Shown: piece after piece, positions 11,583 through 25,570 of the stretch | Layout of the letters: the number at the start of each line of letters is the position of its first letter | Position numbering within the stretch: the stretch's first letter is position 1 | DNA from: Eukaryota sp. GEM-RC1 | Lineage: Eukaryota | Length of the DNA stretch: 64,000 nt | Direction: 5' to 3' | Assembly: GCA_040285855.1 (NCBI GenBank) | Contig: JAUFOQ010000016.1 | Location: 496,001-560,000, forward strand | Notes under the pieces: generated by a model | Told to the model about the DNA's origin: nothing | Seen by the model: the letters and a program-made list of their open reading frames with translations, nothing else | Database searches by the model: none | Position numbers and translations under genes: made by a program

Positions 11583-13564
11583 TTCAATTTTAAATAAAGT
11601 AGAGTAATATACTGAGTTCTGATTGCATGACATTAATACTATTCATAAAAACCAAACGTCTTTAATGCAAAGAATGGAAAAGAGATAGTCAAAGTGTTGG
11701 CTACAGTGTCCTTTTAAAATAGTGACTGGAATTATTGCCACTTCAATTGCGATATCCCTAATGATATCAAAACCGTTCCGAAATCTAAAGACCAATGAGT
11801 ATTTAGACATTTCATCCAACAAAACACCCACTTGAATGTTTTCACCGTTATACAAGAAGAGTCAATAGAGTTCATAGGATGAGATTCTGGATTATCCAAC
11901 GGATTGCTTCAATGTCTTATATATGTATTGTATTACCAATACAATAAGGCCAATCAATACCAATACTTATTGATTGGCGCTATTGTTGTTTATTTTATTT
12001 TATATTTTACCTTATGGATTTTACTTATCTCCGTCTCATAAACCTATGTCATTATATTTCTCTGATACTAGTACCCCATTTGACGGTATAGTCAACACTA
12101 TTAGCTTAGTGGTAACACAATTTTCTGATACCAGAATATTTTCAATATCGCCAATACAATATAACACTATAACACTATTAATCAATCAACAACTCCATTT
12201 TTCTCCTCATAATGCCTGATACAAGTCATGTGTGAGATGTTGTAAAACTGCCATCCACAGTTGAAAAATACAGACACTTGAAAATGGTATTATGGACTCG
12301 TTCACTTAGAACAGGTTCTTTTTCGACAAATCTAATGGACGTGTGTATATTAGTTATGACAGTGACGTCCGTTGAAGATGAAATACTGTTTGCCCGTGTG
12401 AAAGTATGTATGAATTACATTGTGTTTCCACTGGAAGACTCCAAAAAATATCAATAGTTTGTTTCTGCATAGTTTTTATTTGATGAGCTGCATAAACTGA
12501 TATTGCAATGATGACCGGTAAACTGGATCCAATACAGTATTGATTGGTAAGCCACATAGTATATTGCCAATCCAATATACGGTATCCCTGATTGTATTTG
12601 TTCAATAAGTTCAAATTCTTGCACTAATCAAATCAAATTAGATTTATCAAAGTGGCACCAGTATAGATACGATTTTAGGAAGTGTTGAGGAAGAACAACT
12701 ATCACAACCTATTTAATCACGAAAAAAGAATTCTGGAATATTTTTACCATAGTTTTCTACCAATTGGTGAAGTGACGAAACGACCAGCTACTTCCAAGGT
12801 TGTTGTTGTCCATGACACTCTACTTTCATGGTCATAAGAATTAACTATAAGTTAAAAAATGCTAAAAATGTAGTTTCTCCCCTTGGTTTCTTGGAACAAT
12901 TTAAAAGTAACACAAACGATGCCTCTTCGGCAGCTCTCAATTTGAGAGTCTCAAATACACAAACACGTCGAGTACAAACTATGTCCTTTTGCAATTTCTT
13001 GAAGTACAATGACTTTCGAAATGAACTGATTGATCAAATTGGCCGTTTTAACTCTTAGCCTTGACATAATGAAAAAAGTTGTCAAATGCTTCATTGTTTG
13101 GAAACAACTGAAACTCAATTGATAGGTTAACTACAAATTAACTGGTTGTCAATTATTAAATAGTAAGTCAAGTGCTGGTGTCATCATTAGAGTTGTCTTC
13201 TTGTTAGATTGGAGGGAGAACACAATGTAGACTAAATACACTGCTCATCCAAAATTGATGAAGTGTTCAATAAATGCTTAGTGTAATTACAATCCAAGTT
13301 GTAGACAATACTTCTTGTTTTTTTGCCAGCGGATACTTGCTCTCTTTGGTGACTGTCTGAGCATTGTTTTGACATAAGAATTATGATATGATGTCATTTA
13401 CATAATAATGTGATCAATTATATGACTACCGCTCATGGCAAGATCTTGGGCTTTTGTAACCGACACGGAAGTTTTATCAGTAGAGGGTGAATGTTTTGTG
13501 CTTTCTCAGGCTTTGAACCTTAGGTGATTCCAGTTCTATTTACGTTAATGATCTTCCCACTGTT

Positions 13565-14420
13565 ATGGCTGATATAGCTGTTTTTAGAAACATTGACCAA
13601 ATCTTACCTCATTTGACATCTGGTTCTCAATCATCAATTGAAGATCCAGTAGAGGTAATCAAACCTGAACCGAACCTTTTCTTCTTTCAATTACGTGACC
13701 CGCTGTTCATTGCTCGTTTCCTTGGTTTTATTCTTGTTCTTCTCCATCGAATCACCCAATCAGACCTCAATCAAGGTCAATTATCTACTTTTGATCGGTT
13801 TAAAAAGGAAGCTGCCGACAAACTATGCAAGATACCTCACTACCAATTCTCAGCCTCCACAGTTCGTCTACTGCTTACCACTGATACTCTCTACACTAAT
13901 CACATTACTAAAACTGAAGAAAACTTGTCTATTGAATCTGAATGGCATGTGATTAAACCTAAACCTGATCCCAAACCTTCCCCTTTCTTGACAAATTACA
14001 AATCAAACATGGACTTTGCTGGGAGTTGCGAGGGCAGCTGACAAGTTAAACAGACAAGGATTAAGAGCGATAATAAGAGATCCTAAAAGAAACAAGAGAC
14101 CTACTCTACAAGAACTTAAGGACATTGTCGAGGCTAAACCTCATCTTGTTAAAAATGAGGCCTTCTGTTGGAAAGTAAGGAGAACTGTTGAAATGATAGA
14201 TCCAATGATGCTAGTTGGTTATGATGGAGGTGATATCAGTTTCCTGTGGACTGGAGAACGAAGAACCTTACTTCCACCCCAACCTTCCACTTCTTCTGCA
14301 GTTGCTCCGGCTATTTTCAATTGCAATGAGCGGAGAATCCCCGAGGTTCAGCCACTTCCAGAGCCACCCAAAAATAGAAAATCAAAAAACTCCTACATGA
14401 ACAAAATTCTAAATTATTAA
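13565..14420 (+). CDS. Hypothetical protein (two ORFs joined by one indel)
   Basis: ORFs 13565-14041 and 14016-14420 overlap and join on removing one G from GCTGGGAG (~14021); no recognised family. Confidence 0.55.
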
Positions 14421-15279
14421 CATGACTAACAAAATGCTGGTGGTTATATGGGTAAGGCTTGTTTTTTACGAAGTTCCTCATGGTTTGTTGCCACTGCACC
14501 TGAACGTACTAAATCACTCGAAACCAAAAAGGAAACATCTTATTCAACTCAGCCAGTGACAAAGCTTCCAATGGTAGTAGCTAGACCAATACCACAGAAC
14601 AAGAAACCTATTGCTAGTCCTTGATGATGTAACGGAGTGACTAAGGAACATAGAGGGCAAAGTGAACCCTTATTCAGTAAGGTCGGTCTTGATTGAAATA
14701 TTAATTCTTCGAGGTGACCTACATGGTCCCTTTATTGATTGATTCCAGGCAAATTATTCTTGATGTTGCAACATTATATTTCCAGAAACCGTTTACATCA
14801 AGAATCACTAGGTAGGGTTTAAGATCTTCTAGAATTAGTAAACACTGACTGCTATTGAACATTTTCTTATGATTAGTAGTGTACTAACAATATTAAATAT
14901 TCCTTTGTTTTACCAATGGGCAGACAGATATAAGCTTATATATAAGCTATAGATGATATTGTTTATCATTGTTTCCGTGATTAAAGATGTTTTAATTGTA
15001 ATTTGTATTCGAATTATACCATGTGGTAAACTTGCACAACAAGAATTCTGGAACAGATGGTTTGAGTTTGATCACAGATGTTATCACAAAGCCAATTTTG
15101 AATTTAATACTGTAACAGACAGAATTGCCTAACCCAATCTGTAACCAGAAATAATTGCCAGAAATAATTTGACAAATCAATTACGAGTCCAAAATTTGTT
15201 ATCAAACTCCATCCATTAGTCACTTAACATCGACAATTTTGAATCAACAAAAAGTTCAGAGACAACTTGACAGAAGAGT

Positions 15280-16104
15280 TTATTTGCAACAATAAATTAA
15301 TACATACTAATTCAGAAAATGAAAGAAGTTAAATTCTCCACATCAACACGAGAATTGTCCCTATACAACTTCGAATATATGGAACATAAATACTTGGGAA
15401 TGCTTCTATAAAGAGCAAACATAATTCGATTAATCCATACAGCGCTATTAAACACCTTGCCATTAGAACGACATAAAAGACTAAAATCACTGAAAAACTT
15501 TTAAACCGGCTGGACCAATATCACCAAAAATTGAAATTGCAAATGGAACAAAAGAAAACTTAGAATATAGATCTTCATTAAGTTTCTGCAAAGCATCCGC
15601 ATAATTTGAACACTTTCGCTGTTCAGCCTTTTCCAGATGACCATTCGAATCATTCAGTATGGAGTCTTGGTAGACTTTTGCAAAAGGGTCAACTGTAGTA
15701 AAATCAACCACAACTTGAGATGAATCCAGAAAAGGAGCAATTAAGTCACCACGCCGAGAATCAAACACGTTATTGTCACTACAATGTTTCAGAAGAGGTT
15801 CAATTTTACAACTATAGTTGTAGGATTTGAACATTTCATAAGTAACGTCACGAACAGCGTTATGTAGAATAGATCGAAATTGCAAAAATTTCTTGCAACT
15901 AACAACATGACGAAACGTGGCTGTAGATCGGTTATCGCAAACACAGATTGAATTATTTAGCAAGCCACTAGGGAATAAACCTAATCGAAGACGCATATTT
16001 TGCTTCCAAGCATCATTGTTCAAATGTAAACCAAAAGGTCTAGGTTGTTGAGTGATGAAGCTAGAAGACAACTTGATGATGATATAGCAGGCAATGTTAC
16101 CCAA
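15280..16104 (-). mobile_element. 5'-truncated non-LTR retrotransposon, C-terminal zinc knuckle plus restriction-like endonuclease (CRE/R2-type)
   Basis: RLRLGL...CVC...HVVSC...HNAVRD...IEP...RGDL...VVVDFT...AEQRK..Y...FVPFAISIFG; with one indel the frame runs to the stop at 15312. Confidence 0.8.
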
Positions 16105-16247
16105 TGACTTGTATAAATCCTAGTCATATCACGTGCTAGAGAGAACATAGCATTTTTTATGCTTGGGATAGATTCTTGACAGCACATGCTGACGAAGCAA
16201 ATTTATTTGTGATGAACAAATGACTTTCCAAATATAAATCAGTCTTC

Positions 16248-16706
16248 ATGTCTCTTGCCGAACTCTTTGCCAACCAAGACCTAATCGACAACCAGGGAAA
16301 CCCTGTTCCTCTTTCTACTCTTGCCGATAAGGAGAAAATTGGTCTCTACTTCAGTGCTTCATGTATGTGATCTTTTCTCTACTTAACTTAAGGGTGTCCT
16401 CCTTGTCGCATGTTTACTCCTAATCTTGCTAAAGTCTATCAAGAGTGGAAGAACGCGGGAAAATCTATTGAACTCGTTCTTGTTTCTTCCGATCGGGATG
16501 CCAGTGATATGAAGGAATATCACAAAAAGATGCCTTGGCTCGCAGTTCCTTTCCGTGGTGCTGCCCACAAGTCCATTAGCGAACGGTTTACTCCTTCTGG
16601 AATCCCCGCCTTGTACATTGTTGACAAGGAAGGAAACGAAATCTCTGATGAGGGCCGCTCTGATATTCAACTTAAGGGCGCAGCTGCCTATGATGAATGG
16701 CAGTAA
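16248..16706 (+). CDS. Tryparedoxin/nucleoredoxin-like thioredoxin
   Basis: [20 protein letters not shown]...ELVLVSSDRD...MPWLAVPF...GIPALYIVD; the WCPPC active site is assembled across a 30-nt intron. Confidence 0.95.
16363..16392 (+). other. 30-nt spliceosomal intron
   Basis: GTATGT...TTAAC-TTAAG; contains in-frame stops and splits the Trp codon of WCPPC. Confidence 0.95.
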
Positions 16707-16954
16707 TTAGTTTACTATTTTTAGCTGTGATGTCTCAGATATACTGATACTGATTTGTATACTTTTGATCTAATACATGATTGATGTTTCTTAGTTGACA
16801 TTATTTCAATTGTTGCAGATTCTCCCTGATAAACACAAACGGCTTTGGTAAGGCATGTAACAACTTGTAAAACCACACTATTTGATATTAGAAGACTTTA
16901 AAATCCAAATAAATCGACTTTTTGAAAATTAAATAAAAACTAAGATATAAAAAA

Positions 16955-19900
16955 CTAAGAAGCTAAAATTTGCACAATTGATCGTAAAAGAAGCTGAATA
17001 TCACTATCTATATTCATCATTTTACCAACAACAGTCCGCAGATTGCAATACGGAAGAACGTTAAACAACATGGCAACATAATCAATATCAAGCACGTCCC
17101 AAGAAACTTTAGACCAAAAACTAACAACAGAATTAAAGTATTCATGAACAACTGTTGACACTGAGTAGGATATGAGAGATGAAACTAAGGAAGGATCGAT
17201 AGCTGTCAAGTCACAACAAGCTAGACACTCGAACAGGGCAAATGAATAGAACATGTCTTTTGAGTGTTTAGACAACAATTCTAAAAAGACTGGTTCGTAA
17301 AGTGATACTGTTTGATGGGTCTTTGAGCTCAATAAAACAGTCCAAAGATCATAATAAACTTGTGATTGAACGGAAATACAATGGTTCGACACTTTGTAAA
17401 GGAAGTTAGCAATGAGACCAACGGCATCTGAACAATTCGAATTCTGATTAGAACAAAACTTCCGAAGAGCAAACAGTAGAGAGTCAACCTGGGGTTTACT
17501 CAAAAGACGGAATACGTCATCAAATATCGAAAGAACAGCATTGTCTTCAATCATTTTTGATGGAAAATTAAGAACTAATAGTACCAGAAGTTCAAATGAA
17601 GCAAAATTAACTCGAGATCCATAAGATATAGAGGTAATAGCATCTTGAATAATTCCCGAAGTTGAAAGTAACTTGAAATCAAGTTGACTGACTGCCATAG
17701 ATTGAGCAATCAAAAGTGATTGTGAATTACATTGCTTTACCAAAGAAACGTTAGACGACGTGTACTCCTGGAAATACCTAACAACAAAAGGATTGGAACT
17801 AGAGAAATAGGCAGTTTTGGCAATTAACTTGGCAGAAACTTGGTTTAGAGAACGATAATGATCAGCAGTCAACATCAGCAACAAAGAGCTCACTGATGAC
17901 GTGATGACTGGAGAAACCCATTGACCAGGTTTGGATATAGAGTCCTTGAGTGCTGTTAAAAGAGGCATGGCTGCAGTAGAAATGATTTCATCTGATGAAG
18001 TCTCAAGACATGACGTCAGCATTGCCAAAACAGAAAAGGAAAGTACACGAATATCTTCCGACTGTGATGATAACAACTTGATTATCAGGGAAACGACATT
18101 CTTTTGATTAACTCGACAGCAAGGGATGTTCCCAAATTAAAATTGAGATTTCTTGATTTTGGATTAATGACTAAGTTAGCCAAGCAAGAGAATGATGCAA
18201 TCAAAAATAATTGTGGATCAGCATAATCAGTGGGATTTAAAAGTTCTGACTGAACCTGACCACCTTCCAAAAATGGCAGATCAATCAAATTGATTGGAGT
18301 ATGAACTGAGTTGATGATATTTTGAGCAGGATAAACGTTGACAAGGTCATAAATCCAATTTCCTGGAGAAGTCAAGATCTTCAATGCTGCACTACTGGTA
18401 GTAAAATCAGAAGATTCTCTAGCTGTTCGTTCTAACCCAAAAGTAAACTTCGAGGGACAAATAGCTTGAATTTCCTTGACTGAAAACCCAATTCGTTTGA
18501 AATGTAACGAAAACAGAGCTCTGTCATCATGTGATAATGATCCCTGAGAAAATCTGATTGGAGCAAAAATCACTTTGGAAACATCATCATAGTTATCAAT
18601 TCTCAATAACAAAGCCAGAAAACTCGTCCTCACTGGAGAATCTAGTTCTAAATAAGAATGGAACTCCGGTAGGGCTGTCATCAACTCGCATAAAGAAGAA
18701 GAAGTCTCGGAAGTAACTAGAGTAGACAAAATAGAGAAAATTTTTGAAATTAAAAGAGAATCTTTGAAAACAAATTCGGATAAAAGGTCACAAAGTTGAT
18801 TGATGATTGTGATTGCAGACTCAGTTTCAAATGACGATGAAGACAAGAACGTGTGCAAAAGACTCAACAAAACATGTGACATGGAAGTGTCTTTAAGTTC
18901 CACCAGTTGAGCAAAGAAAGATGTAATCATGGTAGCGTCGAAAGAAGTTAGTGAAAACTTAGGACGCTCAAACATGAAATGTTGCTTGAATATTTCGGAA
19001 AGGGTAACGGGATCTGCAGAGGAGTTTGTACGTAAAAACGTGAGAATAGATGAAAATTTTAAATGTTTTGAAATATGATTGAGGATGGGTATGAGTTCGG
19101 ACACTGGGTGTTCTTGATAAATTTGAAATACATTAGTAAAAACCAAATATAACTCATCGTTGGAAAAACATCAGTATTCAGAATATTTTGGAATTTTGAT
19201 AACAATAGCAGAAACTTCGTGGAAAAAGCAACTTGTTGAACTACTGCTAGAATCAATTCAAACAAAGACTGTTTCGGCACGTTATCCAAATTATTGTTGA
19301 TATAATCAGAAATGGTCAAAAAGGAACAAATCCTTTTAGAGCTCGTTTAGTTAGGAAATTTAAAATGAATTTAAATAATTGAGGTTGAAAATCCTTCAAC
19401 ACGTGTGTAGACAGTAAATCTGATAGAGTACCAAGTAATAGGTCAGAATCAACATCAATAGAATCTGAAACCAAGAGGCAACACAACTTTAAAACTAATG
19501 GGTCCTGGTGTTCTGTAAAGAGTTCAATCAAATCAGTAACGGAAACGTCATCATCAGTTATAAACCCTTCAATGACAGCCAATATCTGTTCAGGTGATTG
19601 TACTTGGGGTTTGTCGCTTTCTTTCCCTTGACGTCGTTTCAAATTGACCTCAGACGCATCAAACGTGTTATCAGTGAAGAATAAATGACCAAATATTTGG
19701 GAGAATTTGGAATTCTGCATTAATTTAGCAATGAAATCAGGGTAGAAAAACTGACCAAATACTAGTGACAAAGCACGAATTACTAGGAAGTTAAATTCTT
19801 GATTAACAGCAAGTGAGAAATCTGATAGAAAAGCGGCAATCACAAGTCCACATGATGGAAACTCAAGCTCATCAGAATCTGAAAGGGACAAAAACGACTT

Positions 19901-21707
19901 CAGATGATTATGAACATCAACTGATTTAATTTTGGCAAGTTGTGTGATTAACGATTGAGAAATAGCAGGATTGGAAAGAAACGACACAATTATATCGAAA
20001 AGAAGTACTGTGGAAGCACTAACTCGTTATTTCCAAACGATAATAGATATGCAGCTAAAAATTTAGATTCTGTAGAATTAAAAAACAACAGTGGTAAGTA
20101 ATCAGCAGATAGCATAGAAGTAAAAGCCAGCTGATTAGTTTTCAAAGCAGATGTTAAAAATCTCACCACCAATCGTTGACAATCACGTGATAGTGATTGA
20201 AAGAGCTCAGAATCAACAATATTTTGAACTGGTAATTTGGCCTCATCAAACACCATTGGGAAAACCTCATGATATAAAGCCAATGTTTTAAGAAAGCCAA
20301 GAGCAGTATCAGAATTGGCTAGGAAATTGACACGTTTTCCAAATAAGTTTTTAATTGTGGGAAAAACAACATTAAATTCTCTCCCATTTTCAATTAAGTA
20401 GTTAGAAGAAGAAATTCTTCTCAACAAACCAAGAACAGTGGAAAGTAGCTCAAAAGCCATGACTGTGTTGGAATTGACAGCGTCTTTTAGAGAAGATGAC
20501 GTGATGGCAGGGACAGTGATTGCAACTGTCTGAGGAGTGGATGAATTTTTAATTTTAATAGATTTAAATATTTTGCAAAAACTGGTGACATTCAAATTTC
20601 CTCTTTCACTTGTCTTAGGGTTGACTTCACCCCAAGTAGAGATCATTTGATTGACATCATCGACAGAAATAGGGTCAATGCCAGACAAACAACTGTGAAG
20701 CAGAGTTACAGTAACTTCAATTTTAGAAACATCATCCAAATTATTTAAATATGTCTTAAAATTGGCAACCAGCATAGTCAACACTGCTGAAGCATACCCT
20801 AAATTACACACAGACACAAAGAAAGCCTCAACATCAGTAATCAAAGTCTCAAAATCAGCGTGATGATTAACCCACGATACAACCCCCCTAAGAACTGACT
20901 GTAAGAAGTGATTAGAATCACCTTGACTGGACAACAAGTTCTTTCTAAAAGGAACGCTGCTAATACACTGGAAAGCAGCCTTTAGAGTGATAACATACTC
21001 ATTCTTGACTTTCATCCTTGTGTTCTTCATCAAGAGACCAAGTAGATTGGAGTTGAGGAGAATCATTCGACCTGATGGGGGACAGAACACACATTTAGGA
21101 AGAGCAAGGCAAGAATCAACTCATTGATTATCGTGGTCATGTGTTGATCTTGTTTCTTTTTCGATTGGTGTTGTTGTTTGGAGGGTCTGGATGTGGTTTG
21201 GTATAATTTAGAGAGAGAAGCAGTTGATGTGGTGACAACTTTGGTGATCATTAGGACTTGGGGAGTAGTGGAGTAGATCGCAAGAGCTGTAAGGAATTTG
21301 GCAACAGAGCTGACAAGAGGAACGTGCGATTCATTGAGGGCAGAAAGCATTTTGGGGAGAAGAGACAGGGCTTTCTTGTGAACATCGGGAAAACAGGTAA
21401 GTTTGGATGACATGTGGATTACCGATGTAGCGGCTACTAAGCCCCTACGAAATAATGTTTCTTTATAGTCTGCATGTTCTAAAACATGCCACAATTCACT
21501 TAAATTAGGAGATGCTTGATAGAAAGTTTCCAATAATTCAGGAGCAGCAAAACTTAAAGAAGGGTTGTTGTTTAAAAGTACGATTCTTAAAGGAGGAACT
21601 CGGAAGTCAGCAAATGCATTCACTAGGTTATCAATAGCAGTTTTTTGTTCTGTAATAGTCCCTCCTAATCCAAGAATAGTCTTGGACACGGAGATCTGCT
21701 CTGACAT
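16955..21707 (-). CDS. Large alpha-solenoid protein (about 1580 aa), probably URB1/Npa1-like ribosome biogenesis factor
   Basis: Six abutting ORFs, each joined by adding one base in a homopolymer (~21077, 19998, 19318, 19164, 18088). Leu/Ser-rich helical composition; C-terminal YADPQLFL and LLSSQSEDIRVLSFSVL recall URB1. The family call is tentative. Confidence 0.5.
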
Positions 21708-21760
21708 ACTTAGCGCGTTGGAGTTGGAAAATTCAATTCAACACCTCCTCGCTGGATCTG

Positions 21761-23025
21761 ATGACCCTTCAGCCAGAGAGCATACCAAAGCCGCCGGATG
21801 AGAACCGCATTTCTACGACGTACCCGACAATATATAAATGGGCTGCCGTTATGGACCCTACTCGAATTTCTACTCAATATCTCACTTATGAGGAGATTAG
21901 TATCCTACGTAACGAGCTTGCTGCTCTGCGTACAGAATTCATGCTCACGGCGGAGAAGTCAGAAGAGTTTAACAAAGAACTCAAGTTACACGAGTCGCGC
22001 CAGGCTGATGTTCTAATGGATGCCACTGGAGCCCTGTCCGACTACGACGAGCAGTATCCTCCTGTCAAACGCAAGAGAAAGGAAAAACACACTCCCCGTC
22101 GCCGCCCAGGTAATTCTACAGATCTTAGGTCCAAGCCACCACGACCGAAACCTGAAACTACCACTCGAAAAGATAAGAAAGACCCAGAAAATCCTCAGGT
22201 AAAAGCCATGAACAAAGACATTGATCAATGGCTAGGACTCACACTCCGTCCTGGCGATATAGATTCTCTGGTGCGTAACTACTTGGATCCGACACGTATT
22301 GATATGATTAATCATATATGGCCTCCTCGTGGAGAACATTACTCACTCCGATGGATGCGGGATGATGATTTTAAACGTGACGAACTGGTTCGCGTTATTC
22401 AGTCTATGACGAACAATGAAGCTCGTGACAAACTTCTCAAGGAGGACCACCAGCTCTTTCGTCTCATGAATCGCTCAAAGAAACCTACCTTGAACTTTTC
22501 AGAACAGAGCAAGGCTCTAACTAATGACTGCTTTCATGTCCTAAAACGTGTACTCGCTCCGACTACTGGTCTCTCTATCTCCTATGTGCCTGAACCCATG
22601 GAAGGTTGTGACGAATGTGTTGACAACCAAACATTAGAGGAATCTTGGCAGAAACTGAAAGACCGACATTCTGATGTGGTCAATCGTTTAGAACAGGCTA
22701 AATCTGATCTCCGATCGCGCTTTACTGAAAGTGTCATCCAGAGACGACATGATGTGATATCAAGGTGGACTATTGTAGAAAATCAAGTTCGTGCCTTGAG
22801 CTCTACAGAAAGCAAAAGAAAATCCAAAAATCATCACAAGAAATCGCCCGTGATTATGTTCAACAAATGATCAATTCCGGTTTGATTGATGATTCTCTTG
22901 TCGATGTGTGGCGGGAAAGCCGGCCAATGCTCTTCAAAATTCATCAGGAACTCTCCGTCAGTCGTGGTGAAAGTGTAAATCATTACACGGAGTACTTGGA
23001 AGATGAAGATGCTTTAGTCTTTTAG
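21761..23025 (+). CDS. ADA3/NGG1-like SAGA complex adaptor
   Basis: EEISILRNELAAL and WPPRGEHYSLRWMRDD resemble ADA3 IPPLGKHYSQRWAQED; one missing A at ~22826 joins the 3' ORF. Confidence 0.6.
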
Positions 23026-23307
23026 TTTTGTATGATATTTTTTTGGCAATGCTTTGTGTTTATGTGTATATTTTTGCGGAAATTTGAATTTATTGAGAAA
23101 CAAAACAGTTTTCTCCAACGTGATAAATGATCACCAGAATCATTTCAATCATAATTGTTTTTCTCTTGGCCGGTTGAATTTTGTAGGAGGCTCCCTTTTT
23201 CTAACCAAAGAACTGGAATGGACATAAGCCCAACAAAATTCAGCATTATTGCAGTGGCCCAAACGAATGAAGACAATCGTGTCTCATTCAGATCAAATCT
23301 TTACGCT

Positions 23308-24807
23308 TTAATCATTGAATAAAGAAGAAAGAGTTGAATCATAAGACTTCCAAGATCCAAGAACAGTGAAATTATTTACATGACTGACTGGAAATTTAAA
23401 GAAATCTCGGTCTATATTAGGACAAAATCCTGGAATTACCTTTGATTCCTGATAAAAAACATGTACAAAATTGTCTTCATTTTCAAACTCAGCCCAAGAG
23501 CTCTTTAACCTACTGGTAATAGTCACCATCACGTCATCAGCACAGAGTTGTTCTACTCTTGAACTAACAGAAGTGTTGAAGTACATAAACGCACTCAGAA
23601 TGTAATTATTTTGACCTTTTTGATTGACATATAGACATAGAGGACACGTGTTGAGATTTCCACTCTTCCAGCCCTCCCAATTTGCCACCACCTCTACTAC
23701 TTCAACATCTTCTTTAGTAAGACAAGAACTAAACGAAGGAGATGCTGTAGTAGCTGATACATAATGAAGACTGATATCATTAAAGATTGATTGAAAAACA
23801 TTGATTGATAATGGATTCACAACGAAATGAACAGCAGCAAACGAACTTTTCAATTGTTCATTGGCTATTTCCTTAATGAAATGGCCAGACCGTTTCAAAA
23901 CTCGGTAAGAGAAGTCTTCAGAAATCAACGGATGATCCACTCTATTCAAATCACATGGATTACCCGTAAAGTAAACGTGATCACCAATGACTTTTGAACC
24001 ATCACCAGTTAGAACTCCCTTAGCTCTGATTGATCGCCACCCATCTTGTTCAAAGAGAATTTGTTTAACTGTTGTGTTTAACATGAAAGTCACTCCTAAT
24101 TCTTTTGCTCTATTGATGAGTTGGTTTAACAAACAGTTAACAGAAGGACCAAAGGTAGCTCCTTCAGAGAACAAATTGACTAAGAAATTAGCATAGAAGG
24201 AGCAACTCATTGATGAAGGAGGTTGTCCAATCAAAACACAGAAGAAGGATAGAAGTGACCGGATGACTGAGTTAGAGATGGGGGTTAGGAGAGATTCGAC
24301 AGTGGAATTGTAGTAGAGGACAAGGTCTTTCTTTGTGAGAGGGTACAGGGGAACTGAAGCGATTTTGGTTAGGATGTGTGAGTCTTGCATTGAGTAGTAT
24401 TGAGAGAACTGGTAAGCAAGAGATTGTATCTTGCTGAGCGCGTGGAGAAGAGGTTTTTGGTCTTGTGGAGGACACATTGAAGTGAGTAGATCATGAAATG
24501 CATTATAAGATGAAGGAACATCACAGTAAAAGGATGGAAAGTGATAACGGAATGATACAGGAGATGAAGATGAGATATCATCGGAAAGCCCATGTCTATT
24601 CATGAAATCAGTAAAGGACGCAGATGATGAATAACATGGTAATACAGAGTCAATGAAACAGTCCAGTTCTTCAAGATAATGCGGGGTGTGGAAGCCCCCG
24701 AGGTTGGACTCTTTTTCGATGAGAATAACATTCTCTCCAAGACTGGAAAGTTCTATGGATTGTATTAGACCAGCAATACCACCTCCAATGACTATTGTTG
24801 GTGGCAT
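23308..24807 (-). CDS. FAD-dependent oxidoreductase, phytoene desaturase / retinol saturase family
   Basis: IVIGGGIAGL...VILIEKESNLGG Rossmann motif and LINRAKELGVTFMLNTTVKQI...GVLTGDG. The 3' end is uncertain; a hydrophobic tail continues in another frame to ~23150. Confidence 0.8.
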   Translation of the reverse strand: MPPTIVIGGGIAGLIQSIELSSLGENVILIEKESNLGGFHTPHYLEELDCFIDSVLPCYSSSASFTDFMNRHGLSDDISSSSPVSFRYHFPSFYCDVPSSYNAFHDLLTSMCPPQDQKPLLHALSKIQSLAYQFSQYYSMQDSHILTKIASVPLYPLTKKDLVLYYNSTVESLLTPISNSVIRSLLSFFCVLIGQPPSSMSCSFYANFLVNLFSEGATFGPSVNCLLNQLINRAKELGVTFMLNTTVKQILFEQDGWRSIRAKGVLTGDGSKVIGDHVYFTGNPCDLNRVDHPLISEDFSYRVLKRSGHFIKEIANEQLKSSFAAVHFVVNPLSINVFQSIFNDISLHYVSATTASPSFSSCLTKEDVEVVEVVANWEGWKSGNLNTCPLCLYVNQKGQNNYILSAFMYFNTSVSSRVEQLCADDVMVTITSRLKSSWAEFENEDNFVHVFYQESKVIPGFCPNIDRDFFKFPVSHVNNFTVLGSWKSYDSTLSSLFND

Positions 24808-24892
24808 AACAATTCCACGAAAAAAGTTCCACGATTGAAATTCTGCAATTGTGACAACCTTGGTTTTTCTGTTCTAGTTCTAACGATCCATA

Positions 24893-25570
24893 ATGTCATT
24901 CACGCGACTGAAGAATCCTGTTTCAGTGATTGACCCCATATTATCCCAAAGAATTCTTCAACATTCTTATTGGAAAGAAGAATGTTATGGTCTAAATGAA
25001 GCTGGAGTAGCAGAAAAAGCTCTTTCTCTCTCCTATATCGGTGGCTCTTACTCTATATATCTCAAACCCACTCCTTTTCTATGTCTCTTATACAAGCTCC
25101 TTCAACTTAATCCTGTTCCCGAGATCATTCTAAATCTCTTCCATCAAAACAAGTACAAATATATCAGAGCTTTAGCAATGTTCTACATTCGTCTTGTGTT
25201 TAAACCTCAGTTTGTATACACTCTTCTTGATCAAATGTACATGGACTACCGCAAACTTCGAGTTCGATACCCACATGGATGGGAAGTGACTCACGTTGAT
25301 GAGTACACACATGGACTTTTAAATGCCAGAAGAATGTTTGATGTTACTTTGCCGTATCTTCCTTTGAGGGCCAATGTTGGAGTTCCACCCAGAGTAAGTC
25401 CATTGGAAGAGATATTGACTGCGGAAGAGTGCCAAGAAGCTCTTGGAAAGTTGGTTGTGGAGATGAAAGAGGAAGTTTTTGAAGTTGAAGGTGATGGTTC
25501 TCTCTCAGATGAAATTCGAAGAGAGAATGCTTTAAGAGCATCTCTAGGGTTGAAGCCGTTGAAAGATTAA
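24893..25570 (+). CDS. PRPF38A: Pre-mRNA splicing factor PRP38
   Basis: YWKEECYGLN, YIGG...KPTPFLCLLYKLLQLNP, KYIRALAMFYIRL, DYRKLR, NALRASLGLKPL. Confidence 0.95.
   Translation: MSFTRLKNPVSVIDPILSQRILQHSYWKEECYGLNEAGVAEKALSLSYIGGSYSIYLKPTPFLCLLYKLLQLNPVPEIILNLFHQNKYKYIRALAMFYIRLVFKPQFVYTLLDQMYMDYRKLRVRYPHGWEVTHVDEYTHGLLNARRMFDVTLPYLPLRANVGVPPRVSPLEEILTAEECQEALGKLVVEMKEEVFEVEGDGSLSDEIRRENALRASLGLKPLKD

Noticed and set aside
11640..13500. Short ORFs and a small hairpin (CTCTCAATTTGAGAG, ~12933)
   Set aside because: No recognisable protein or RNA motifs; consistent with AT-rich spacer DNA.
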